The notes under the pieces are model-generated. The model made no database searches. It was not told where the DNA came from and saw only the letters and a program-made list of their open reading frames with translations. This document shows, piece by piece, positions 36,050 through 45,384 of a DNA stretch of 64,000 bases. This DNA is from Clostridiales bacterium (GTDB lineage Bacteria > Bacillota > Clostridia > Christensenellales > CAG-138), in the NCBI GenBank assembly GCA_012517905.1, contig JAAYUE010000083.1, forward strand, positions 9,070 to 73,069, read 5' to 3'. Position 1 is the first letter of the stretch. Each line of letters begins with the position of its first letter. Position numbers and translations under genes: made by a program.

Positions 36050-37171
36050 ATGCAGGTGGTCGCAGTGCGCGGCAGACAACAGATGCGCGATTTTGTGCGC
36101 GTTCCGCAGCAAATCTTCGGCAAACATCCGTGCTATGTGCCGCCGATCTGGATGGACGAGGCGCACGCATACTCGGACAAGGCGAACCCCATCCTGAAAA
36201 ACTCGGATTTTGAACTGTTTCTCGCGCTGGACGACGCGGGCAGGCCCGTCGGGCGCACCATCGCGTATATCGACCATACGTTCAACCGCTTTTACAACGC
36301 GCGCATGGGCTTTTTCGGCGCGTTTGAGTGCATAGACGATCCGGCGGCGGCTGGGCTTCTCATCGGCGCGGCGGAGGATTGGCTCGCCGCGCGCGGCATG
36401 GACGCCGTTCGCGGCCCGATCCACCCCGTTGCGGAAAACTGGGGGTTCGTCTTCGAAGGGTACGACAGCCCGCCCGTCTACATGTCCCCTTGGAACCCGG
36501 CGTATTACCATCCGTTTTTCACCGGCGCCGGCTACGGCAAGGCAAAGGATCTGCTCGTGTACGAGGCGGATATGGCCAAGGGCTACGAAATTCCCCGGCG
36601 GTACGACGACTTCCCCGCGCGGTTTATGACGCGCTATCCGGGCGTCTCCATCCGCCGCCTCGACATGAAGCGCATCCACGACGATGCGCGCGCCATCTGG
36701 GAGATCTCCAACACCTCTCTGGCGGACAACTGGGGATACGTTCCGCTCGAACTGCCCGTCATGGAGGACATGCTCAAAAAACTCCGCATGATCGTCGATC
36801 CCGACGCGGTCTGGATGGTGGAAAACGAAGGAAAACCCGTCGGCTTCTGCCTCGGGTTTCCGGACATCAACATCCTGCTCAAGCGCATCGGCGGGCATAT
36901 GCTGCCGCTCGGCTGGGCGCGGCTGCTGCTCGGCGTGAAACAACTGCGGGACTACCGGCTCTTCGGCCTCGCCGTCACGCCGGAGTGGCACAAGCGCGCG
37001 CTCGACGCGCTCATGTACATCCACCTCTATCAGAACCTGAAGGCAAAGCGCATCCGCATGGAGGCAAACTATATTTTAGAGGACAATCTGCACATCAAAA
37101 ACGCCCTCGAGCGCCTCGGCATGCGGCACACGAAGACCTATCGCATCTACGAAAAACCGCTTGCGCAATGA
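36050..37171 (+). CDS. Uncharacterised GNAT-fold acyltransferase-like protein
   Basis: GAGGAGG RBS. Pattern FVRVPQQIF...PCYVPPIWMDE...GRTIAYID...MGFFGAFECIDD resembles a roughly 370-aa GNAT-like family that I recall only from annotation, so the assignment is tentative. Confidence 0.5.
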   Translation: MQVVAVRGRQQMRDFVRVPQQIFGKHPCYVPPIWMDEAHAYSDKANPILKNSDFELFLALDDAGRPVGRTIAYIDHTFNRFYNARMGFFGAFECIDDPAAAGLLIGAAEDWLAARGMDAVRGPIHPVAENWGFVFEGYDSPPVYMSPWNPAYYHPFFTGAGYGKAKDLLVYEADMAKGYEIPRRYDDFPARFMTRYPGVSIRRLDMKRIHDDARAIWEISNTSLADNWGYVPLELPVMEDMLKKLRMIVDPDAVWMVENEGKPVGFCLGFPDINILLKRIGGHMLPLGWARLLLGVKQLRDYRLFGLAVTPEWHKRALDALMYIHLYQNLKAKRIRMEANYILEDNLHIKNALERLGMRHTKTYRIYEKPLAQ

Positions 37172-37231
37172 ACGCTTCGGGCGGCGTCGGTCGCCCGTTT
37201 TCCGTTTGAGCGCTCCGCGCTGCAAAGGCAG

Positions 37232-39268
37232 GTGACGTCGATGGCAGGCAGCCGTCCCGCCGATTTTTCATTTACCCCCGCGCCGCTGGGCAGCGTGTTT
37301 CCGCGCGGCTGGTTCGAGCGGGAGTTTGTCGTGCAGAAAAACGGTCTGACCGGCCACATCGACGAAATCTGGGAAGACCTCGGCGCGTCCTCCGGCTGGC
37401 GCGGCGGACCGGGCGAAAACTGGGAGCGCGGGCCGTATTACCTCGACGGCCTGATCCCGCTGGCCTATGCCCTCGACGACGACGCGCTCAAACAAAAAGC
37501 GCAGCCATGGATCGAGTGGATGCTCAAAAGCCAGCGCGAAGACGGCTTTTTCGGGCCGGCGGACAACCTCGACTGGTGGCCGCGCATCGTCGCGCTCAAG
37601 GCGCTCATGCAGTATGGCGAAGCAACCGGGGACGCGCGCGTGCCCGCGCTGATGGACCGCTATTTCCGCTATCAGCTCGACCGGCTTCCCAAACAACCGC
37701 TCGCCATGTGGGCGGCGGCGCGCGGGCAAGAGCAGCTCCTGCCCATGCTCTGGCTGTATCGCAAAACGGGCGCGGACGATCTGCCCGAGCTGGCGCGCCT
37801 GCTGCGGGAGCAGACCTACCGCTGGGGCGAACGTTTCGCCCGCTTCCCCTATCAAAAGCGCACGCACGCCTATCTCAACCGCCCACTGTTCATGGCGGTC
37901 AAGCGCGCGACGCTGATTTCGGACTGGACGGCAAAGCGGCTGAAGAAATACCGCCGCGCAGCGCCAAAGCCGCAGACGAAGAAACAGATCGACAAGGCCA
38001 ACGCATCAAAGTTTCTGCACATCTACCACGAAACGCATTCGGTCAATCTTGCGATGGCGCTCAAGATGCCCGCGCTGGACGGCCTCTGGCGCGGCGCGGC
38101 GGACGGGGCGGCCGCTTCGCGCGCCGGACTCGACGCGCTGACGCGGTTTCACGGGCTGGCCAGCGGGCTCTTTTCGGGGGACGAGCACCTCAACGGCCGT
38201 TCGCCGACCGTGGGCGCGGAACTCTGCCTCTGCGCGGAGTATCTCTATTCGCTGCAGATCTTGCTCGCCGTCACCGGGGACGTCGACTACGCCGACAAAC
38301 TCGAACAGGTCGCCTGGAACGCCTGGCCGGCGATGTTTACGCCCGACATGTGCGCGCATCAGTACGTCCAGCAGGTCAACCAGATCGAGGTGTCCCGCCA
38401 AAAGCGTGACTGGTATGATGCCTACGATGAAGCGAACCTCTTCGGCCTCGCGCCAAACTTCGGCTGCTGCGCGGCCAACATGCACCAGGGCTGGCCGAAG
38501 CTGCTCGGCGCGCTGTTCATGGCGCATCCCGACGGCGTCGCCGCGCCGGTCTACGCGCCCTGTTCGGCGCGGGTGGACATACACGGCACGGCGGTGCGCT
38601 TCACCGAGACGACGAACTACCCATTCGACGGCGCAATCACGATTGCGGTCGACGAAATCGAAACCGCGGATCGAGCGATGGCGTTTACGCTGCTGCTGCG
38701 CGTGCCCGGCTGGGCGGAGACGTTCGAACTCCGGCTCAACAAAAACCCCCAGCCGCTGGAGCCGGAGAACGGCTATCTGCGTCTGAAACGCCTGTTTCGC
38801 GCGGGCGATCGGATATCGCTGCGCTTTCCCATGCCCCTGCGCCTGCATCCCGAGCCGGCAGGCGGCGTCACGCTCCGGCGCGGGCCGCTGCTGCTCGCGC
38901 TGCCCGTCGAGGCGCGGCGGCGCGTGCTGCACGGCAGGGAACCGTTTGCGGACTATGAACTGCTCCCGCGCGGCAAATGGCGCTATGCCGTCGCAAAGAC
39001 GGAGCTGCCGGACGCGCAAATCACGCTGAACGAGCCGGGCGAGCATCCCTTTGGCGGGGACACACCGCCGCTGACCGTGCAGCTGAGGCTCGCGCCCGCG
39101 CCGCAATGGCAAACGAGGCGGCACAGCGCGGGTCCTGTTCCGCCGCCGTTTTCCGCCGCGCCGGACGCGCTGGAGGAAAAAACGCTCGTGCCCTACGGCT
39201 GCACGCGCCTGCGCATCGCGCAGTTTCCCATCGCCACGATCGACTCCGCCGACAAAGAGCTCCGCTGA
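37232..39268 (+). CDS. GH127-like (DUF1680, beta-L-arabinofuranosidase-type) protein
   Basis: About 675 aa. AELCLC (Glu-x-Cys) and NFGCCAANMHQGW (Cys-Cys) are consistent with the Zn/Cys catalytic centre of GH127. Start is GTG 37232 or ATG 37241. Confidence 0.62.
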   Translation: MTSMAGSRPADFSFTPAPLGSVFPRGWFEREFVVQKNGLTGHIDEIWEDLGASSGWRGGPGENWERGPYYLDGLIPLAYALDDDALKQKAQPWIEWMLKSQREDGFFGPADNLDWWPRIVALKALMQYGEATGDARVPALMDRYFRYQLDRLPKQPLAMWAAARGQEQLLPMLWLYRKTGADDLPELARLLREQTYRWGERFARFPYQKRTHAYLNRPLFMAVKRATLISDWTAKRLKKYRRAAPKPQTKKQIDKANASKFLHIYHETHSVNLAMALKMPALDGLWRGAADGAAASRAGLDALTRFHGLASGLFSGDEHLNGRSPTVGAELCLCAEYLYSLQILLAVTGDVDYADKLEQVAWNAWPAMFTPDMCAHQYVQQVNQIEVSRQKRDWYDAYDEANLFGLAPNFGCCAANMHQGWPKLLGALFMAHPDGVAAPVYAPCSARVDIHGTAVRFTETTNYPFDGAITIAVDEIETADRAMAFTLLLRVPGWAETFELRLNKNPQPLEPENGYLRLKRLFRAGDRISLRFPMPLRLHPEPAGGVTLRRGPLLLALPVEARRRVLHGREPFADYELLPRGKWRYAVAKTELPDAQITLNEPGEHPFGGDTPPLTVQLRLAPAPQWQTRRHSAGPVPPPFSAAPDALEEKTLVPYGCTRLRIAQFPIATIDSADKELR

Positions 39269-39322
39269 CATCCGGCCATCGCCGCCGAAACGCACAGCAA
39301 TTCCAAATCAGGAGGATATCTC

Positions 39323-40609
39323 ATGACGCAACCGACAAAGACCAAACTTGGCAGAAACAACTGGATCGCCATCGTGCTGCTCGCGTTTTCCGGGCAGATC
39401 GCATGGGTGATCGAAAACTCCTGGTTCAACACGTTTGTCAACGACGTGATCTCGCCGGACCCGAAGGTGATCTCGATGATGGTGGCGCTCAGCGCCGTCA
39501 CCGCGACCATCACCACGCTCGTGATGGGCACGCTCAGCGACCGCCTCGGTAAGCGCAAGGCGATCATACTGGTCAGCTACATCCTCTGGGGCATCTCCAC
39601 CATGGTGTTTCCCGCCGCGGGCGCGGTGCATTCGGCCACGCTCGCCATCGTCGCCGTGGTCGCGCTGGACTGTCTGATGACCTTCTTCGGTTCCACCGCC
39701 AACGACGCGAGCTTCAACGCCTGGCTGACCAACATCACGGACGAAACCAACCGGGGCACCGTCAGCGGCGTGACCGAGCTCTTTCCGCTGCTGGCGATGG
39801 TGGTGACCACCATCGTCTCCGGCATGCTGATCGAATACTTCGGCTACACGCTGTTTTTCACGTCCATGGGGCTTCTGGTCGTGCTCTGCGGGCTCGTCGG
39901 CGGCCTGCTGATGGAGGAAGCGCATTTCCCGCGCGAAAAGACCGAGGGCGTCGGCTTCTGGAAGCAGGTGTTCTCCGGTTTTTCGGTTCGCAACGTGCGC
40001 GAAAACCGCATGCTCTTCTCGCTCTATTTCTGCGTGCTGCTCTTTTCCATTGCGGAGCAGATCTGCATGCCTTATCAGATCATCTATTTCACCAAGACGC
40101 TCGGCTACAGCTACGACGTCATCGGCGTCAACCTCGGCCTCATGGTGCTGCTCTCCGGCGTGGCGGGTGTGTTTTTCGGGCGGCTGGTCGACCGCGTCGG
40201 CAAGCAGAAGCTACTGCTCGTCACGCTGCTGATTTCCGCGCTTGGGTTCCTGCTCGTCTCGCTTGCGCGCGGCATGGCGTTTCTGTGCGTCGCCATCTTT
40301 GTCATGGCGTTCGGCATGGTGAGCAAGCTCATCGTCACCGGCGCGTGGATCAAGGACCTCACGCCGCCCTCCAGCGCGGGACAGTTTCAGGGCATCCGCA
40401 TGATCTTCTGGGTGCTGCTGCCCATGGTGATCGGTCCGTTCATCGGGGAGCGGATCATCAGCACGTTCGGCCAGCCCATCGTGGTGGACGGAAAGGCGGG
40501 CTTTCTGCCCACGCATCTGGTGTTCGTCGCCGCCGCGATCGCAACGCTGATCGCCATCCTGCCGGTTGTCCGCATGATCCGCGGGGCGAAACGCACGCCG
40601 GACCGATAA
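39323..40609 (+). CDS. MFS transporter (glycoside/cation symporter-like)
   Basis: About 12 hydrophobic segments. GTLSDRLGKRK loop motif. AGGAGG RBS. Confidence 0.85.
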   Translation: MTQPTKTKLGRNNWIAIVLLAFSGQIAWVIENSWFNTFVNDVISPDPKVISMMVALSAVTATITTLVMGTLSDRLGKRKAIILVSYILWGISTMVFPAAGAVHSATLAIVAVVALDCLMTFFGSTANDASFNAWLTNITDETNRGTVSGVTELFPLLAMVVTTIVSGMLIEYFGYTLFFTSMGLLVVLCGLVGGLLMEEAHFPREKTEGVGFWKQVFSGFSVRNVRENRMLFSLYFCVLLFSIAEQICMPYQIIYFTKTLGYSYDVIGVNLGLMVLLSGVAGVFFGRLVDRVGKQKLLLVTLLISALGFLLVSLARGMAFLCVAIFVMAFGMVSKLIVTGAWIKDLTPPSSAGQFQGIRMIFWVLLPMVIGPFIGERIISTFGQPIVVDGKAGFLPTHLVFVAAAIATLIAILPVVRMIRGAKRTPDR

Positions 40610-40634
40610 CCGCGGATTTGCGCGTTTGCAAAAC

Positions 40635-40659
40635 AAAAAAGGCCGTACGGCCTTTTTTT
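40635..40659. terminator. Bidirectional terminator
   Basis: A6-GGCCG-ta-CGGCC-T7, between convergent genes. Confidence 0.8.
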
Positions 40660-40669
40660 GTTGCACGCT

Positions 40670-41299
40670 CTATTTTGCGGCGACGCCGGAGCGCACCACG
40701 TCCAACAGCTGATCCACCGCGCACAGGATGCTCGCGTCGTCCCAGTCCAGCGGGATGAGCGTGTCCAGATGGTTGAGCAGCGTCTCCACGACGAACACCG
40801 TCGTCCCGGTCGAAAGATCCTGCCGAAACTCGCCGGCGGCCTTCGCGCGCTCGACCATGTCGGTCAGCAGCCCGCTGCGCATGTCGCCAAAACACGCCGT
40901 GATCTGCTCTCGAACGATCGGATCTTCCTGCAGAATGCGGCGCGAAAAGACGACATAGCGCGCGTCTTTTTTCGCAAGCAGCAGCCCGAGCAGCGCCATG
41001 TTGCGAAACTCGTCGAAGAATCCGCCGGACGTGCCCGATACGTCGTGCTCCTCAAACAGCCGTATTTTTTCCATGCCTACGCGATACAGAAGCGACAGAT
41101 ACAGCTCCATCTTATCGCGAAAGCGATAGTAAAAGCTGCCCTTGTTCATGCCCGCCGCCTTGAGGATGTCGTTGAGCGAGGCGTCCCGAAACGAGTGCTC
41201 CGAAAACGCCGTCAGCGCGGCTTCATACAGCGCGGGCGATTCGTCCAGCGGGTTTTTCCCGCCGGACGCCAGCCACTTCAGTTTCGGCGAAACACCCAT
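40670..41299 (-). CDS. TetR/AcrR family transcriptional regulator
   Basis: N-terminal HTH region FRDASLNDILKAAGMNKGSFYYRFRDKMELY. Confidence 0.88.
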   Translation of the reverse strand: MGVSPKLKWLASGGKNPLDESPALYEAALTAFSEHSFRDASLNDILKAAGMNKGSFYYRFRDKMELYLSLLYRVGMEKIRLFEEHDVSGTSGGFFDEFRNMALLGLLLAKKDARYVVFSRRILQEDPIVREQITACFGDMRSGLLTDMVERAKAAGEFRQDLSTGTTVFVVETLLNHLDTLIPLDWDDASILCAVDQLLDVVRSGVAAK

Positions 41300-41436
41300 C
41301 AGTCTTCCTCCTCCAGGCGCTCGCGCTGCGCCTTCTTCTCCCGCTGCTTTTTAAAATACTTCGGGACAAAAATGATCTTGAGCCACACGATGGCGATCAC
41401 GGCGACGGCGATCAGAGCCCACCAGTACCATGCCAT
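41299..41436 (-). CDS. 45-aa single-TM micro-protein (below the ORF-track cutoff)
   Basis: Hand translation MAWYWWALIAVAVIAIVWLKIIFVPKYFKKQREKKAQRERLEEED. AGGAGG RBS 8 nt upstream, embedded in the last codons of the permease gene. Its TGA overlaps the TetR ATG (TGATG). Confidence 0.5.
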   Translation of the reverse strand: MAWYWWALIAVAVIAIVWLKIIFVPKYFKKQREKKAQRERLEEED

Positions 41437-41442
41437 ATTCGT

Positions 41443-42438
41443 TCACCTCCTTTTGCGAAAAACCGCTTTTTTCGAAAACATCCGGACCGCCGCGGCAAAC
41501 CACGGCAAGCTGACCAGCAGCGTCAGCAGCGTAAACCACAGCGCGGGCGCGCCGCTCAAAATCGCTTCCAGCGCGCGGTATTGCCAGTACATCGGCAAAG
41601 CATAATAGAAAAACTGCCACTGCTCGGGCACAAATATCGCCGAAACCGGCAATATCATGCTGACCGGAATGAGCAGCTTGAGCACGCCGACGGCGGCCAC
41701 CTGGTTGGTCGCAAACCCGCCGACGGCGAACGTCATCATGCCGGAGACGAACACGCTCGCCACGCCCAGCAGCAGATAGTTCGGCAGCAGCGACGCTTTG
41801 CCGATGATCAGCGCAGCGGCGACTATGCCAACAAGCCCCAGTATCAGCGCTGGCGCGAGCTTCGTCGCCACATAGCCGCCAAGGCGCGTGGGACTGACCG
41901 CGACGGCGCGGATTGCGCCGCTCTCGCGCTCGTCCACAATCGACATTCCGATCGTTGCCCCGCCGACGAACAGCGTCATGAGCAGCATCGCGATCATGGA
42001 AACAGTATACGCCATTCCGCCGCGCGCCTCCACCGTTTCCACCTGATACGGCATCAGTTCGTCTCCGGCGCCGAGCGCGAGGCCGACGATCAGCCGAACG
42101 CCGCCGACAAACGCCTCGTCCTCATTGCCCTCCAGAAGGACGCGGTACCCCGCGCCGTCCTTCGAAACGCCCGCGACCGCGTCCGTCTGACGGATGCGCG
42201 CCGACATCGCGGACGCGTCGTCAAAGCGCTCGACATCCGCAACCCGTTCCAGCTTCTGCTGATCGGCCGGGGTGATCGACTGGTCCACGGCGAGCCGGAG
42301 CACCGTGCCGCTGACCGCGCCGAAGACAAGGATGAACACAAACGCGAGGATGGCTGGCGCGGCGACCATGAAGATGGAGATCCCGTTTCGAAAGATCAGC
42401 CGAAACTCCCGATCGATCGAAGAAAAAAACGCCTTCAT
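41443..42438 (-). CDS. ABC-2 type exporter permease
   Basis: Track ORF trimmed to ATG 42438 (ATGA overlap with the upstream permease). Six hydrophobic segments with a large loop after TM1. Confidence 0.75.
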   Translation of the reverse strand: MKAFFSSIDREFRLIFRNGISIFMVAAPAILAFVFILVFGAVSGTVLRLAVDQSITPADQQKLERVADVERFDDASAMSARIRQTDAVAGVSKDGAGYRVLLEGNEDEAFVGGVRLIVGLALGAGDELMPYQVETVEARGGMAYTVSMIAMLLMTLFVGGATIGMSIVDERESGAIRAVAVSPTRLGGYVATKLAPALILGLVGIVAAALIIGKASLLPNYLLLGVASVFVSGMMTFAVGGFATNQVAAVGVLKLLIPVSMILPVSAIFVPEQWQFFYYALPMYWQYRALEAILSGAPALWFTLLTLLVSLPWFAAAVRMFSKKAVFRKRR

Positions 42439-43403
42439 ACCCTCGCCCCCCTCAGATGCCTTTTGCTCACGAACCACAGCGCAAGCAGATAGGAAATCGC
42501 GGCCCACGCGGCAATGGCGACTACCGTATACCCCCAGTCGATCGAGCCGCCGAACATCGCGGCGCGGTACGCCATCAGAATCGGATAGGACGGGATCAAA
42601 CGCATCCAGAACGGCGTGAACGCAGGGGAAGTATAGCTGATCGTCGGCAGCATGTTGACGCTGAGCAGCACCACCATGGAGAAAAACCAGCTGCTCATGT
42701 CCCGAAACGGCGTGGTATACGCCAGACCAATCATCGTGAACACCGCCGTTCCACAAAACGAAAGCAGCAGAAACGCGCCCCAGTCGATCGAACCGCCGAC
42801 CGTCGGCAGACAGATCAGCGTTGCGTACAGCGTGCCGATCAGGGAAAAGAGCAGCGTCTTTGCCAGTATGTAGCGATGCGCGCCGAGCGGGGAAATGCGC
42901 AGCGCCTTCACCGTTCCGTCCTGCTTTTCGGCGAGCATCAGCGCCCCGCCGAGGATAAACCCCGTCATAAGCGCCTCAAAACAGATGAATACCGGCGTGA
43001 AGCGCAGATTGAACGGGATCTCCTTTGCCGAGGCGTCGAGCGACTCCGTTTGCACGGGCACAAAGCCTTCGCGCATGAGCTCGAGCACATATACGTTCAG
43101 GCTCTTTTCGGAATAGCCGGGGTTGACGATGGTCAGCCCGTCCTCGCCGAACAAAAACCCGATCGCGTCGCCCTGGCGGACCGCGTCGCGCAGCGCCGCC
43201 TCGCTCTCGGCCGGAACGCCGAACGCGACGTCGGCGGGCGCATTCAGCGTCAATAGCTGCGCGGACTCCAGCGCGACCTCTTTCGGCAGCGCAAGATCGA
43301 CCACCAGCACGATGACGGCGAGCGTCGCTGTCAGCACCCAGAACAGCGCGTTGGTCAGAAGGCGCTTGAAGTCCTGCGCGCAGGTAGAGAGGATGCTCTT
43401 CAC
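42435..43403 (-). CDS. ABC-2 type exporter permease
   Basis: Same architecture as its neighbour. 4-nt overlap with the ATPase gene. Confidence 0.75.
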   Translation of the reverse strand: MKSILSTCAQDFKRLLTNALFWVLTATLAVIVLVVDLALPKEVALESAQLLTLNAPADVAFGVPAESEAALRDAVRQGDAIGFLFGEDGLTIVNPGYSEKSLNVYVLELMREGFVPVQTESLDASAKEIPFNLRFTPVFICFEALMTGFILGGALMLAEKQDGTVKALRISPLGAHRYILAKTLLFSLIGTLYATLICLPTVGGSIDWGAFLLLSFCGTAVFTMIGLAYTTPFRDMSSWFFSMVVLLSVNMLPTISYTSPAFTPFWMRLIPSYPILMAYRAAMFGGSIDWGYTVVAIAAWAAISYLLALWFVSKRHLRGARV

Positions 43404-44248
43404 GCGGTCAGCTCCTTTCCGGTGACGCGCAGGAAGATCTCCTCCAGCGTCGCCTCCTGCGAGTGCAGCTTCACCACGTCCGCCGTCTTCAAAAACGCGG
43501 AGAGCCGCTCGTGGTCGTCCATCGGAATGGACGTCTCGCGCTCCTCACCGTTTTCACGGTAGACGATGCGCACGTCCCGCCTGCCGTATTCGCGCTTGAG
43601 CGCCTCGGGCGTGTCGCAGGCGGCGATTACGCCGCCGTAGAGAAACGCGACCGTATCGCTCAGCGCGTCCGCAAGCTCCATGCTGTGCGTGGTGAGAAAC
43701 ACCGCGGCCCCGCGCGCCTTCTGCTCGAGGATCAGATCGCGGATGCCGACCGCCGTCTTGGGGTCGAGCCCGCTCGTCGGCTCGTCCAGAAAGAGATAGC
43801 TCGGGCGGTTGAGCAGCGCGCGCGCGAACGTCAGCCGCTGCCGCATCCCCTTGGAATAGTGCGAAACGCGCTTGTTCGCGTCCTCGCGCAGGCCGACGCG
43901 CTCGAGCAGCTCCATCGGCTGCACGGTCGGCACGGAGAACAGCGCCGCGTAATAGCGCAGGTTTTCCAGCCCCGTCAGCGATGCATAGAGGTTGCTCTGC
44001 TCAAACGACACGCCGATTCGATTGAAAAACGCCGTCTTCAGCCCGCGCACGGACTGGTTTTCATACAGCACCTCGCCCTGCTGAATCGGCAAAAGCCCCG
44101 TCATGATGTTTTGAATCGTGGACTTTCCCGCGCCGGACGGGCCGAGAAACCCAAAGATGCTTCCGCTCTCTACCGAAAACGAAATGTCCGATACCGCAAA
44201 CTTGCCTTTTCCTTCGTAGTCGTGAAAAACCTGCTTGACCTGAATCAT
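43400..44248 (-). CDS. ABC transporter ATP-binding protein
   Basis: Trimmed to ATG 44248 after AAGGAGGGG. Walker A GPSGAGKST, signature YSKGMRQR, Walker B LFLDEPTSGLD. Confidence 0.9.
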   Translation of the reverse strand: MIQVKQVFHDYEGKGKFAVSDISFSVESGSIFGFLGPSGAGKSTIQNIMTGLLPIQQGEVLYENQSVRGLKTAFFNRIGVSFEQSNLYASLTGLENLRYYAALFSVPTVQPMELLERVGLREDANKRVSHYSKGMRQRLTFARALLNRPSYLFLDEPTSGLDPKTAVGIRDLILEQKARGAAVFLTTHSMELADALSDTVAFLYGGVIAACDTPEALKREYGRRDVRIVYRENGEERETSIPMDDHERLSAFLKTADVVKLHSQEATLEEIFLRVTGKELTA

Positions 44249-44259
44249 AACGCCCCTCC

Positions 44260-44275
44260 TTGACCACTTGGTCAA
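44260..44275. promoter_or_regulatory. Palindromic operator 1 (TetR-type), overlapping the RBS region
   Basis: TTGACCACTTGGTCAA, i.e. TTGACC-N4-GGTCAA. Confidence 0.6.
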
Positions 44276-44279
44276 ATTC

Positions 44280-44308
44280 ATCATAACACGGGTTGACCGG
44301 TTGGTCAA
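44280..44308 (-). promoter_or_regulatory. Promoter of the ABC-2 exporter operon
   Basis: Minus strand reads TTGACC (44308-44303), 17-nt spacer, TATGAT (44285-44280). Confidence 0.5.
44293..44308. promoter_or_regulatory. Palindromic operator 2 (TetR-type), overlapping the -35
   Basis: TTGACCGGTTGGTCAA. Same arms as operator 1, 33 bp away. Confidence 0.6.
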
Positions 44309-44319
44309 GATCGAGCGAC

Positions 44320-44343
44320 AAAAAAGGCCGCGCGGCCTTTTTT
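44320..44343. terminator. Bidirectional terminator after the PadR-operon membrane gene
   Basis: A6-GGCCGCGCGGCC-T6. Confidence 0.75.
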
Positions 44344-44367
44344 GTTGTGTTGTGGCGCTATGCCGCC

Positions 44368-45384
44368 CTATTTCTTTCCCGTTGCGGTCTCCACGGTTTT
44401 TTTCACGGCGGTGACGCATTCGCTCACCGAGCCGATGATGATGAGCACCGAGAGCGCGATGACGAGCACGCTCTTGCCGTCGACGCTCGGCAGCATGCCG
44501 AGCACGCCGGTATCCGAGAGAAACCCCCGAAACGCCTCGCTAAAGAGGTTCGGGCGGTTGATCAGCCAAAGGGACATCGCCATGCTCACGAGCGACTTTA
44601 CCACAACCGCGGTGCAGACAAACGGCGACCAGCGGCGGTCCCGGATCTTGGCGATGTCCATCAGGATCGCCAGCACGAGGGTGACGAGAATCACGGGCAC
44701 GCACAGCGCGAGAAAACTCTCGCTGAAGATCTGGTAAAACTGCAGGCCGTTATGGAAAATCACCATGGCAAACGGCAGCCGCCCGGCGCAGAAAAGCAGC
44801 CCGAGAATCGAAAAGATCACCGTCACGATCAGCTCCGCAATCCCCTCGGAAAGCGGGATGCTCTTTTTCTCCTGCCGTGCGTCGGGCAAATCCTCCACGC
44901 GCCAGCCGTGTTCGCCCATCTTTTCGTGCTTTGCCCCGGTGTGCTCGGCGATGACGAACCCGGCCGTCGTCCAGATCAGCGCCTGCAGCGCGGCGGAAAC
45001 GCCCATGCTGAACCCTTTGGACAGGATCTCCCCGATGACGAGCGCATAGTTCGTCGATCCTTCCCTCGCCGCGTCAAACGCGCCGACCGCGAAGCCGATG
45101 ACCATCACGACCACGCCGACAAGCGGCAGAACCCACTTGAGCACGCGGATGTATTCGTCGAAATATGCCGGCGAGATCAGATATCTCGGCTTGGAGCGAT
45201 ACTGCTCCGCCAGCGACGCGGGCGAGCCGAGCCCATAGAGCACCCGCTTCACCTCTTCGTCGCCCGCCCCCTCCGGCAGCATATCGCAGATATTCGAACG
45301 CAACTCTTTTTTCACGTCCTCCCGGTCTTTCTCCGGCAGGCGGCGCGCAACGTCGCAAACATAGCGCTCGATCAAGTCATTCAT
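44368..45384 (-). CDS. PadR-associated polytopic membrane protein (DUF1700/HAAS-like N-terminus)
   Basis: N-terminal IERYVCDVARRLPEKDREDVKKELRSNI, then multiple TM segments. 8-nt overlap with the PadR gene. Confidence 0.7.
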   Translation of the reverse strand: MNDLIERYVCDVARRLPEKDREDVKKELRSNICDMLPEGAGDEEVKRVLYGLGSPASLAEQYRSKPRYLISPAYFDEYIRVLKWVLPLVGVVVMVIGFAVGAFDAAREGSTNYALVIGEILSKGFSMGVSAALQALIWTTAGFVIAEHTGAKHEKMGEHGWRVEDLPDARQEKKSIPLSEGIAELIVTVIFSILGLLFCAGRLPFAMVIFHNGLQFYQIFSESFLALCVPVILVTLVLAILMDIAKIRDRRWSPFVCTAVVVKSLVSMAMSLWLINRPNLFSEAFRGFLSDTGVLGMLPSVDGKSVLVIALSVLIIIGSVSECVTAVKKTVETATGKK

